Positions 16,627 to 24,643 of a stretch of DNA of 24,643 nt are shown here, one piece after another (within the stretch, counting starts at the first letter, position 1; each line of letters opens with the position of its first letter). This DNA comes from an uncultured Syntrophomonadaceae bacterium. Its GTDB lineage: Bacteria > Bacillota > Dethiobacteria > DTU022. The stretch spans positions 1-24,643 of the forward strand of contig CAZQVX010000003.1 of assembly GCA_964596845.1 (NCBI GenBank). Direction: 5' to 3'. The translations under genes were made by a program, and so were the position numbers. The notes beneath the pieces were generated by a model. The model searched no databases. It saw nothing but the letters and a program-made list of their open reading frames with translations, and had not been told where the DNA came from.

Positions 16627-17646
16627 ATGTCTGTAGTTAAGGTGTTGTTTTGGGGCCTCGGGGCCATGGGCAGCGGGATGGCGAAAATGCTGTTGTCCAA
16701 GGAAAACCTGCGCATCGTTGCGGTTATAGACCGGCGCCCGGAAAAAGCAGGCCGGGATGTCGGAGAATTGATCGGTTCTGACCCTCTGGGGGTAAAAGTA
16801 ACCGCCGATCCGGAGGAAGCTTTCAGCTGCAGGCCTGATCTGGCGCTGCTAGCAACTGATTCTTTCGTCAAGGATGTATTTCCGCAAATAAAATATGCTC
16901 TCAGGAAAAATGCTGATGTGATCACCATTGCTGAAGAGATGGCTTATCCCTGGTCGGCCTCGGAGGAGCTCGCGGGTGAGATTGACCGCATCGCTCGCAA
17001 ACAGGGAAATACCGTTCTGGGCACAGGGATCAATCCCGGTTTTATCCTCGACACTCTGATCATCGCTCTTACAGGTATCTGCCGTAAGGTGAGCCACATT
17101 CATGGCAAAAGGGTGAACAATCTTGCGCCTTTCGGGCCGACGGTGATGCAGATGCAGGGGGTGGGCGTTACCCCCGATGAGTTTGCCGAAGGGTTGACTT
17201 CCGGCGAGATCGTGGGCCATGTGGGATTCAAGCAGTCCGCTATGCTCATCGGCCGGGCTCTCGGCTGGGAAATCGAAGACGTGGTCGAGAAGAGAGAACC
17301 GATTATTTCTAAGGTTGAGCGGAAAACAGAGTATGTGCATATAGCCCCGGGAGATGTGGCCGGGTGCCGTCATACTGCCAGGGTTTACTGCGGGGGTAAA
17401 GAGGTCCTCTTCCTGGAGCATCCCCAGCAGGTCAGCCCGGAAGCAGAAGATGTCAGGACAGGAGACTACATCACGATTGACGGGGATCCGCCGCTCAAAC
17501 TGGCCATCGAACCGGAGATTCCCGGCGGCGTCGGCACCGTGGCTATCGCCGTAAATATGATTCCCCTGGTTGTAAACGGCCCCCGCGGGCTGGTGACGAT
17601 GGCGGATCTGCCTGTCCCGCGCAGACTGCCCGACTTGATCAGGTAG
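16627..17646 (+). CDS. ord: 2,4-diaminopentanoate dehydrogenase
   Basis: [53 protein letters not shown]; first gene of the ornithine cluster. Confidence 0.93.
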   Translation: MSVVKVLFWGLGAMGSGMAKMLLSKENLRIVAVIDRRPEKAGRDVGELIGSDPLGVKVTADPEEAFSCRPDLALLATDSFVKDVFPQIKYALRKNADVITIAEEMAYPWSASEELAGEIDRIARKQGNTVLGTGINPGFILDTLIIALTGICRKVSHIHGKRVNNLAPFGPTVMQMQGVGVTPDEFAEGLTSGEIVGHVGFKQSAMLIGRALGWEIEDVVEKREPIISKVERKTEYVHIAPGDVAGCRHTARVYCGGKEVLFLEHPQQVSPEAEDVRTGDYITIDGDPPLKLAIEPEIPGGVGTVAIAVNMIPLVVNGPRGLVTMADLPVPRRLPDLIR

Positions 17647-17710
17647 GGCGGATTTTATTCGCCCGCAGGATCGGGCTCCGTTGTTCGCCCTATAACCGCC
17701 CTGTTTTTCT
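17645..17710 (+). terminator. Possible intrinsic terminator or attenuator structure after ord
   Basis: AGGGCGG (17645-17651) pairs with CCGCCCT (17696-17702), followed by GTTTTTCT; shorter competing hairpins lie inside. Confidence 0.3.
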
Positions 17711-17777
17711 ACATAGAGAGAAAATATGAAAGTCCTCCCACAGTAATGAGCCATAATATAGTTGTGAGGTGATCGCT

Positions 17778-18086
17778 ATGGCCCCAAAATGCCTTGAGGG
17801 CGCCTGGGTAGAGATCCATTACATTGTTTTGGACCCCGCATCACGCCCCGGGGATCTTCCCCCCGAAACCCGCAAGGTCCCCCTGGAATGCCGGATGAAC
17901 GGCTGGGCGCTCAGCGCAAAAGAGATCGGCCGGGAGGTGGAGATCCGGACCCCGGCGGGGCGCATCGTCAAAGGCGCACTTACCCGGATCAATCCCGGTT
18001 ATGAGCACACTTTCGGACTCGCGGTGCCGGAGCTTTCCGGTATCGGCGCAGAGCTGCGCAGCTTGCTGAAGGAAGGGGAGCGCTGA
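17778..18086 (+). CDS. ortA: 2-amino-4-oxopentanoate thiolase alpha subunit
   Basis: WVEIHYIVL..R...P.ETRKVPLE..NG..GRIVKG.L..INPGYEHTFG; SD GAGGTGA; TGATG coupling to ortB. Confidence 0.92.
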   Translation: MAPKCLEGAWVEIHYIVLDPASRPGDLPPETRKVPLECRMNGWALSAKEIGREVEIRTPAGRIVKGALTRINPGYEHTFGLAVPELSGIGAELRSLLKEGER

Positions 18087-19516
18087 TGTCGCGAGATCTT
18101 TCCTATGAAGCAGTGATGGGGCGCCGCGGCGAGATCATGAAGCGGGCTCTGGGGATCGAGTACAGTGAATTCATTCGGAGCAAAATCGCCTTCGATTATG
18201 AAGAGATGATGTGCAAGGCCGGCTATTCGCTTGACGAGGTCAGGCGGATCCAGGGCGAGACAGGCGTCGGCGGCACCCCTCTGCTGGAACTAAAAAACAT
18301 TACCCGCCTCGTCCGCCGGAGTTCACCCAAAGGTTACGGCGCGAGAATCCTGATTAAGGATGAGGCGGCCAACCCCTCGGGCAGCTTCAAGGACAGAAGA
18401 GCCAGTGTATCGGTTTACCATGCTGCTAAGCTGGGTTATCCGGGCGTGTTGGCCGCTACCAGCGGCAATTACGGCGCTGCGGTGGCCTCTCAGGCAGCCA
18501 TGCGCAACCTGCGCTGCATCATCGTCCAGGAGGTTTTCGACTCTCGCGAGGTAGGGCAGCCCGAAATCATTGAAAAGTCCCGAAAGTGTGAGGCCTACGG
18601 GGCCGAAGTGGTCCGATTGAGCGTAGGCCCTGAACTGTTCTACCTGGCCCTGATCTTGCTTGAAGAGACGGGGTTTTTTAATGCTTCCCTATATAGCCCC
18701 TTCGGTATCTCCGGGGTGGAGACCCTGGGAGCCGAGCTGGTGGAACAGGTTCGGGAGAGCTACGGCAAAGACCCGGCCTATATCGTGGTCACCCATGCCG
18801 GGGGCGGCAACGTTACCGGGACGGCCCGGGGCGTACATCGGGCGGGGGCTGCAGATTCGCGGATTATCGGGGCCAGTGTGGACCTATCGGGCCTGCATAT
18901 GGCTTCAGACACCGATTTTAACAGAAAGTCATTTACTACCGGCCATACCGGGTTCGGGGTTCCTTTTGCCACATGGCCCGACCGTACCGATGTGCCGAAG
19001 AACGCCGCCCGGCCGCTGCGCTATCTGGACCGCTACGTTACCGTGACCCAGGGTGAGGTCTTTTACGTCACCGAGGCGCTGGCTCAGGTGGAGGGGCTGG
19101 AGAGGGGGCCAGCGGGGAACACTTCTCTGGCGGCGGCCATCCCGCTGGCCCGGGAACTGCCCGAAGACGAGATTGTAGTTGTCCAGGAGACAGAGTACAC
19201 CGGGGCGGGCAAACATCCCCAGGCTCAGCTGGATTTCGCCAGGCATAACGGGATTGTAGTGAAGCGGGGTGATCCGCAAGAGAATGTGCCCGGCAAGGCC
19301 ATCGTCATCCCCGAGCATTTCTCGCAGCTGGGCATGGTCGAGATGGATCTGGGGCGGATGCGCCGCTCCTATATTAGAAACGCGGTGGGAAGAAGCGGAG
19401 TCAAGGTGATCACCGGGGAAGAGCTGCGTTTTCTGGCCGCGGAGACGAAAGAGACGGAAGCCTTCGTCGCCGCGGTATTAAAAGAGATGGGGGAGGTGGC
19501 AATCGATGGGCGTTGA
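18086..19516 (+). CDS. ortB: 2-amino-4-oxopentanoate thiolase beta subunit (PLP)
   Basis: KDEAANPSGSFKDRRA (PLP Lys), ATSGNYGAAVASQAA, THAGGGNVTG, ERGPAGNTSLAAA, ETEYTGAGKH. Confidence 0.95.
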   Translation: MSRDLSYEAVMGRRGEIMKRALGIEYSEFIRSKIAFDYEEMMCKAGYSLDEVRRIQGETGVGGTPLLELKNITRLVRRSSPKGYGARILIKDEAANPSGSFKDRRASVSVYHAAKLGYPGVLAATSGNYGAAVASQAAMRNLRCIIVQEVFDSREVGQPEIIEKSRKCEAYGAEVVRLSVGPELFYLALILLEETGFFNASLYSPFGISGVETLGAELVEQVRESYGKDPAYIVVTHAGGGNVTGTARGVHRAGAADSRIIGASVDLSGLHMASDTDFNRKSFTTGHTGFGVPFATWPDRTDVPKNAARPLRYLDRYVTVTQGEVFYVTEALAQVEGLERGPAGNTSLAAAIPLARELPEDEIVVVQETEYTGAGKHPQAQLDFARHNGIVVKRGDPQENVPGKAIVIPEHFSQLGMVEMDLGRMRRSYIRNAVGRSGVKVITGEELRFLAAETKETEAFVAAVLKEMGEVAIDGR

Positions 19517-19898
19517 CGGAGGGACGGGGTACGCGTCTAGATCTGATTTTGAAGAGAGGCGCAAGCATCTGGCCGGGCTGACCGATGATCAGCTCAAGGA
19601 AAGGTTCTGGAAACTGGCCCGGGAGATTATGGAGCCGTTGGCGGAACTGGCTTTTAGCCATACTTCTCCCGCTATCGAGCGCTCTGTCGTTTTGCGGATG
19701 GGTTTTTCCAGCCTGGAAGCTCAAGCCATCGTCTACGCCGCTGAAAAAAGAGGCTGGCTCGGCAGGGGCGTAGGCCGGTTTATTCTTGAATACGCTGCGG
19801 CTAAAGGGATCGACTACCTGGAGGCCGGGCGGGGGCTGGCCGCCGGTGAAGGCTGGGCTGAACTCGCTGAAATGCTGGGGGGTGGGGAGGAGTGGTGA
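19506..19898 (+). CDS. oraS: D-ornithine 4,5-aminomutase small subunit
   Basis: FEERRKHLAGLTDDQLKERFWKL..HTSPAIERSVVLRMGFSSLEA..GWLGRG. Confidence 0.93.
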   Translation: MGVDGGTGYASRSDFEERRKHLAGLTDDQLKERFWKLAREIMEPLAELAFSHTSPAIERSVVLRMGFSSLEAQAIVYAAEKRGWLGRGVGRFILEYAAAKGIDYLEAGRGLAAGEGWAELAEMLGGGEEW

Positions 19899-22120
19899 GA
19901 AGTAAGGAACAATCTAACGACGGGGGAAATAGCTACCGGCTCGAACCGGACAGGAAGATCGACATCCATGAAATTTTAAAAGATCTGGCTCATTACCGGC
20001 CGCGCCGTTCGGGCTGGACCTGGCGAAAACGGCAGCAGGGGCAGCAGGTGGGCCCCTTTATTTACAGCGAGACGGCGGAGCCGCTGGAGCGGGCTGTCCC
20101 TCTGCCTGCGGCCAGGTATTTCGGCTTGATTGATCCCCAGCCCGACAATGTCATCACTACAGAGATCGCCTCGGGCAGGTTTGAAGACGACATCAGGCGC
20201 ATGCGTATGGCCGCCTGGCATGGCGCCGATCACATCATGGTGATCCGCACCACCGGACAGAGCCATATTGACGGCTTACTCGAAGGCACCCCCGAAGGGA
20301 TCGGCGGTATCCCCATCACCCGAAAGCAGCTCCGGGCAACGCGCAAAGCGCTGGACCTCATCGAAGACGAGGTGGGACGCCCCATCAATTTTCACTCCTA
20401 CGTTTCAGGCGTGGCCGGACCGGAAATTGCCGTGCTCTTTGCCGAAGAGGGGGTCAACGGGGCCCATCAGGATCCCCAATACAACGTGCTCTACCGCAAC
20501 GTGAATATGCAGCGCTCCTTTGTGGATGCCGCTGTGGCTAAAAAGATCATGGCCGCAAGCGGCATGCTCCAGATCGACGGCGCCCACAACGCCAATGCCA
20601 CCGCCCGCGAGGCCTGGAAGGTGATGCCGGAGCTTTTGGTGCAGCACGCTATTAACTGCGCCTTTTCGGAGATGAGCGGGATGGAGAAGGGGGATATTGC
20701 TCTTTCCTCGGTGCCGCCCACAGCGCCCCCGGCGCCGGCGCTGGCCTACGACCTGCCCTATGCCGTCTGCCTGCGCTGGCTCTTCTCGGACTACAAGATC
20801 CGGGCTCAACAGAATACACGCTACATCGAATCCGACACCCGCGAAGCCACGGTGACGCATGTGCTGAACCTGCTTGTCTCGCGGCTCACCTCGGCCCATG
20901 TGCAGAGCACCATCACCCCCGACGAGGGGCGCAATGTGCCCTGGCATTACAACAATATCGCCGCCGTGGAGACCGCCAAGCAGGCTCTTCTGGGTTTGGA
21001 CGGTTTGCAGGAGATGGTGGAGATAAAGAAAGAGGGCCCGCTGCCGGCAAAAGTGCGGGAGATGGCCGAGAGGGCGGTTCTTTTCTTGGAGGAGATAAAA
21101 GAGAAAGGCTACTTCAGCGCAGTGGCCGAAGGACTTTTCGTTGATTCCGGCGAATATCCCGAAATCCACGGTGACGGCATTGCCCGCGACCCCAACGGGG
21201 GTGTGGCCGCGGGCAGCATCGTCAAGAGGGAACCGGGCTACTATGCTCCCGTGTGCCGGCATTACGGGCTGAACAACCTGCCCGGCGACCCGGCGCGACC
21301 CTGCGAACTCATCGGCGGCTGCACCCTGTGCCGCCCTGAGAAGATCGTCTATATCGATGAGCTGGACCCCGAGGATAACGTAGGCCGCCGGCTGGCGGAG
21401 AGGGAAGAGCGTCTCGGCGACGGTGAGATCAGGCCCGAGGTGGAGTGGGCCGGCGATGGTATTATCACCTGTACCTTATTTATCCCCGAGCCGGAGACGC
21501 TGGCTGAGTATGCCGCCCTGGAGATGGCTGCAAAGATGGGGCTGCAGGAGCCCGAGGTGATCCATAAACGGGTAATCCATCCCTCGGAGGGGACCCTGGT
21601 GGAGCTCAAGGGGATCATGCCTTTTTCTGTCGACCGCGCCGCGCTTCAGATTCCAGAGAAGCCGCAGATTCTCTCAGAGGACGAGGTCAGGGCGGAGGTG
21701 GCGGAGCGCCCCCTGAAGGTGGTCTGCGGGACCGTGGGTGAAGATGAGCACTCTGTAGGCATGCGCGAGATCATCGATATCAAACATGGCGGCATTGAGG
21801 GCTTCGGGATCAAGGCTCTCTATCTGGGGACCTCGGTCCCGGTGGAGAAGATGATCGATGCGGCTATCGAAGAGGACGCCGGCGCCATTCTCATCTCGAC
21901 CATTATCAGCCACGCGGATATCCATCGGAAGAACATGGAGCGCCTGGTGCAGCTTGCCGTGGAGAAAGGAGTGCGCGACAAGTTCATCCTTGTCGGCGGA
22001 GGCACCCAGGTGAACAATGACCTGGCCTTCGAGGCGGGCATGGACGCCGGCTTCGGCCGCGGGACCAAAGGGATTGAGGTGGCCTCCTTTCTCATCAAAA
22101 AGCGACGCGAAAAGAGATAG
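19892..22120 (+). CDS. oraE: D-ornithine 4,5-aminomutase large subunit (PLP and adenosylcobalamin)
   Basis: TTEIASGRFEDDIRRMRMAAWHGADHIMVIRT, HSYVSG, EDEHSVG (His-on B12 motif), DIKHGG (PLP Lys). Start GTG 19892 or 19895. Confidence 0.97.
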   Translation: MVRSKEQSNDGGNSYRLEPDRKIDIHEILKDLAHYRPRRSGWTWRKRQQGQQVGPFIYSETAEPLERAVPLPAARYFGLIDPQPDNVITTEIASGRFEDDIRRMRMAAWHGADHIMVIRTTGQSHIDGLLEGTPEGIGGIPITRKQLRATRKALDLIEDEVGRPINFHSYVSGVAGPEIAVLFAEEGVNGAHQDPQYNVLYRNVNMQRSFVDAAVAKKIMAASGMLQIDGAHNANATAREAWKVMPELLVQHAINCAFSEMSGMEKGDIALSSVPPTAPPAPALAYDLPYAVCLRWLFSDYKIRAQQNTRYIESDTREATVTHVLNLLVSRLTSAHVQSTITPDEGRNVPWHYNNIAAVETAKQALLGLDGLQEMVEIKKEGPLPAKVREMAERAVLFLEEIKEKGYFSAVAEGLFVDSGEYPEIHGDGIARDPNGGVAAGSIVKREPGYYAPVCRHYGLNNLPGDPARPCELIGGCTLCRPEKIVYIDELDPEDNVGRRLAEREERLGDGEIRPEVEWAGDGIITCTLFIPEPETLAEYAALEMAAKMGLQEPEVIHKRVIHPSEGTLVELKGIMPFSVDRAALQIPEKPQILSEDEVRAEVAERPLKVVCGTVGEDEHSVGMREIIDIKHGGIEGFGIKALYLGTSVPVEKMIDAAIEEDAGAILISTIISHADIHRKNMERLVQLAVEKGVRDKFILVGGGTQVNNDLAFEAGMDAGFGRGTKGIEVASFLIKKRREKR

Positions 22121-22157
22121 TTAGTTACTCTGGTGCCTGGCACCAAAGTAACTAACT
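22119..22157. repeat. 19-bp inverted repeat with GGTGCC-T-GGCACC core
   Basis: AGTTAGTTACTCTGGTGCC / T / GGCACCAAAGTAACTAACT: one mismatch, followed by TTT. Confidence 0.8.
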
Positions 22158-22178
22158 TTTAGAGAAGAGAGTAGCTGT

Positions 22179-23528
22179 ATGAAGGTAGATCTGCTCGTAG
22201 CGGAAATCGGGAGCACCACCACTCTGGTGAGCGCTATCGGCCTGGAGCCGCCGCGGCTCTTGGGACAGGGCTTTGCACCCACGCTGCAGCCCGGCGGTGA
22301 TGTCACTGCAGCCCTGGAGCTGGCTGTGGCCGATCTTTCTGCCGGCTTGGGCGTAAAAGAGCTTGACTGGGGCCTGTTTATGGCCGCCTCCAGCGCCGCC
22401 GGGGGTCTTTCCATGAGTGTGCACGGCCTTGTCTTCGAGATGACGGTGAAGGCGGCCCGCGAGGCAGCCCTGGGCGCAGGCGCTGTGGTCAAGATGATCA
22501 CCGCCGGCAAGATGACGACGGCCGACCTGGAGCAGCTGCGCCGGATTAGCCCGAAGATGATTCTACTGGCGGGCGGGGTGGATTATGGGGAGAAAGAGAC
22601 CGCTCTTTACAACGGGGTGCTTATCGCCGGGCTGAAGCCGGCGGCGCCGGTGGTCTACGCCGGCAATGTCGCCGCCCGCGAAGAGCTGGCCGCGATCTTT
22701 TGCGAGGCCGGGGTGAAGGCCTACTTTGTGGACAATGTTTACCCCCGGGTGGATGAGCTGGAGGTGGAGCCGGCCCGCCGGGTGATCCAGGAGGTTTTCG
22801 AGGAACATATCGTTACCGCCCCGGGGATGAACCGCATCCGGAGCATGGTCGGCGGCCCAATCCTGCCTACCCCCGGCGCGGTCATGGAGGCCTGCAGGCT
22901 GCTCCAACCGCTCCTGGGCGACCTCTGTGCCGTCGATGTGGGCGGCGCCACCACCGATGTGCACTCTGTGGCAAAGGGCAGCCCCGAGATCCAGGCTATC
23001 CTGGAGAGTCCCGAGCCGCCGGCCAAGCGCACGGTGGAAGGCGATCTGGGTATACATGTAAACGCTAAAAATATAGCCGGGCTCGTGGACGAAAACCTGG
23101 AGCGCGATCTGGGTTTCAACCCTGCGCCTGTTCTGGAAAAGATGCAAGTAATCCCCGAAAGTGAGCAGGAGATTGCGCTGGTACAATATCTGCGGGACGC
23201 CGCCTGCAAGATGGCCTTCAAGCGTCACGCCGGCAGGATAAAACACCTTTACGGGCCCGGCGGGCGGATTACCGTTGCTTCGGGCAAAGACCTTACCGGC
23301 GTGAAGACGATTATCGGCACCGGGGGACCGCTGACCCGTCTGCCGGGCGGCAGGGATGCGCTGGCCGTTCTGGCCGGGGGGCAAGGCTATGGCCGCGAAC
23401 TCTATCCCCAGTCGGCACAGGTCGCTCTCGACCGCCGCTATATTATGGCTAGCTGTGGGGTGCTGGCGAGGCGCTATCCCGAAGCGGCGATCTCATTACT
23501 TCTGGAGAGTCTGGAGCTGAAAGCATGA
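22179..23528 (+). CDS. GlmL/MutL-like ornithine aminomutase-associated protein (putative reactivating factor)
   Basis: VAEIGSTTT, AASSAAGGL, LAGGVDYGE, VDVGGATTDVHSV, KRTVEGDLG; canonical position after oraE. Confidence 0.9.
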   Translation: MKVDLLVAEIGSTTTLVSAIGLEPPRLLGQGFAPTLQPGGDVTAALELAVADLSAGLGVKELDWGLFMAASSAAGGLSMSVHGLVFEMTVKAAREAALGAGAVVKMITAGKMTTADLEQLRRISPKMILLAGGVDYGEKETALYNGVLIAGLKPAAPVVYAGNVAAREELAAIFCEAGVKAYFVDNVYPRVDELEVEPARRVIQEVFEEHIVTAPGMNRIRSMVGGPILPTPGAVMEACRLLQPLLGDLCAVDVGGATTDVHSVAKGSPEIQAILESPEPPAKRTVEGDLGIHVNAKNIAGLVDENLERDLGFNPAPVLEKMQVIPESEQEIALVQYLRDAACKMAFKRHAGRIKHLYGPGGRITVASGKDLTGVKTIIGTGGPLTRLPGGRDALAVLAGGQGYGRELYPQSAQVALDRRYIMASCGVLARRYPEAAISLLLESLELKA

Positions 23529-24592
23529 CTTTTCCCCGACTGATCATTGATGGGCAAAAAATTGAACATAACACCCGGCTGGTGGCCGGCCTTTTAGAAG
23601 AGCAGGGGCTGCGCCTGGTGGGGGTGGCCAAGGGGACGGCGGCGCACCTTGATGTAGTCGGGGCGATGGTCAAAGGAGGCGCCGCAGCGATAGGCGACTC
23701 CCGCATCGCCAACCTGGCCCGGATCAGGGAGTGGGGTTACCAGGGTGAGACCGTCCTGCTGCGTGCTCCCGGCCCCTCGCAGTGTGCCGCCGCTGTAACA
23801 TACGCCCATACCAGCCTGAACTCAGAGGTGGGCACGGTGCGCCGTCTGGGCCAGGCGGCCCTGCAGGCGGGGCGGATCCACAATGTCATCCTCATGGTGG
23901 ACCTGGGCGACTTGCGTGAAGGGGTCACCGCGGAGCAGGCTGCGGAAGCGGCGCAGGCGATGGAGAAGGCGCCCGGCATCCGCCTGGCCGGCATCGGCCT
24001 CAATATGGCTTGCTACGGCGGGGTCATCCCCACGGTGCGGACCATGGAGCTGCTTCTGGAGGTCAAAGCGCAGGTGGAGCTCCGCATCGGCCGGGCGCTG
24101 GAGCGCATTTCCGGGGGGACCTCGGCGAATTTAAAAATGGTTCTGGAGCGGCAAGTGCCGCCGGGCGTCACAGAGCTGAGAATAGGCGAGGGCATTCTTC
24201 TCGGCAAAGAGGCAGTAAACAGGGGGCCCATTCCGGGCTGTTTCGATGATGCTTTTTTGCTCCAGGCCGAGGTCATCGAGCTGCAGCGGAAGCCCTCTAT
24301 ACCCTGCGGGGAGATCGGGCAGGATGCTTTCGGCAATGTGCCCCATTTCGAGGACAGGGGGCTGAGAAGGCGCGCTCTCATGGCTGTGGGCCGCCAGGAT
24401 GTTGATCCTGGAGGGCTTATCCCCCTGCTGCCGGGTATCGAAATCCTGGGCGCCTCTTCAGACCATCTCATCTGTGACGTCGAGGAGGCGGCCTCGCCCG
24501 TCAGCGTGGGCGACATCCTCGAATTCAGGCTCACTTACGGTGCTCTCCTCCGGGCCGGCACCTCGCCCTATGTAACCAAAACAGCCCTCTAA
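23525..24592 (+). CDS. orr: Ornithine racemase (alanine racemase family, PLP)
   Basis: GVAK (PLP Lys), DSRIANL, ILMVDLGDLREG, G.NMACYGG, ISGGTS, LRIGEGI, GASSDH; ATGA overlap; position in the ornithine cluster. Confidence 0.88.
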   Translation: MTFPRLIIDGQKIEHNTRLVAGLLEEQGLRLVGVAKGTAAHLDVVGAMVKGGAAAIGDSRIANLARIREWGYQGETVLLRAPGPSQCAAAVTYAHTSLNSEVGTVRRLGQAALQAGRIHNVILMVDLGDLREGVTAEQAAEAAQAMEKAPGIRLAGIGLNMACYGGVIPTVRTMELLLEVKAQVELRIGRALERISGGTSANLKMVLERQVPPGVTELRIGEGILLGKEAVNRGPIPGCFDDAFLLQAEVIELQRKPSIPCGEIGQDAFGNVPHFEDRGLRRRALMAVGRQDVDPGGLIPLLPGIEILGASSDHLICDVEEAASPVSVGDILEFRLTYGALLRAGTSPYVTKTAL

Positions 24593-24593
24593 T

Positions 24594-24625
24594 CTGCCAC
24601 AGGGACAGGCACTTCACTTTGGCAG
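24594..24625 (+). repeat. Short REP-like element CTGCCACAGGGACAGGCACTTCACTTTGGCAG (copy 2)
   Basis: Starts 1 nt after the orr stop; CTGCCA/TGGCAG inverted ends; matches 580-602 in opposite orientation with two substitutions and a 5-nt insertion. Confidence 0.6.
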
Positions 24626-24643
24626 GTCTCTCCAGCTAGAGGG

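Noticed and set aside
22118-22162. oraE amber stop followed by a hairpin, suggesting pyrrolysine read-through
   Set aside because: OraE ends at its normal C-terminus (FLIKKRREKR), and read-through meets another TAG after 13 codons.
1-24643. CRISPR arrays, rRNA, tRNA, transposases or integrases
   Set aside because: No regularly spaced repeats, RNA-gene signatures or recombinase motifs were seen by eye.

Overview
Window of a GC-rich, strictly anaerobic bacterium, probably Bacillota (inferred from gene content and sigmaA-type promoters). It holds two interleaved catabolic systems. (1) On the + strand, a complete known oxidative ornithine pathway (ord-ortA-ortB-oraS-oraE-glmL-like-orr, 16627-24592) plus a detached arginine deiminase arcA (3580-4791). 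(2) On the - strand, an apparently uncharacterised 10-gene, ~11.6 kb operon (16431 down to 4838): PadR regulator, extended SDR, classical SDR, eliminase-type glycyl radical enzyme (GRE), Gct-type CoA-transferase A/B, MmgE/PrpD protein, acyl-CoA dehydrogenase, stand-alone SCP2-like lipid carrier and tungsten-type aldehyde:ferredoxin oxidoreductase. The GRE activase lies on the far side of arcA, with its own near-consensus promoter and a probably leaderless start, followed by a membrane-anchored PI-PLC-like phosphodiesterase. The operon is the main discovery candidate: an anaerobic radical route for a lipophilic diol, ether or amino-alcohol (substrate unknown, inferred). The left end carries an internally deleted GNAT remnant, and short REP-like palindromes occur at three intergenic sites. 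Residue comparisons to reference enzymes are from memory and need alignment.
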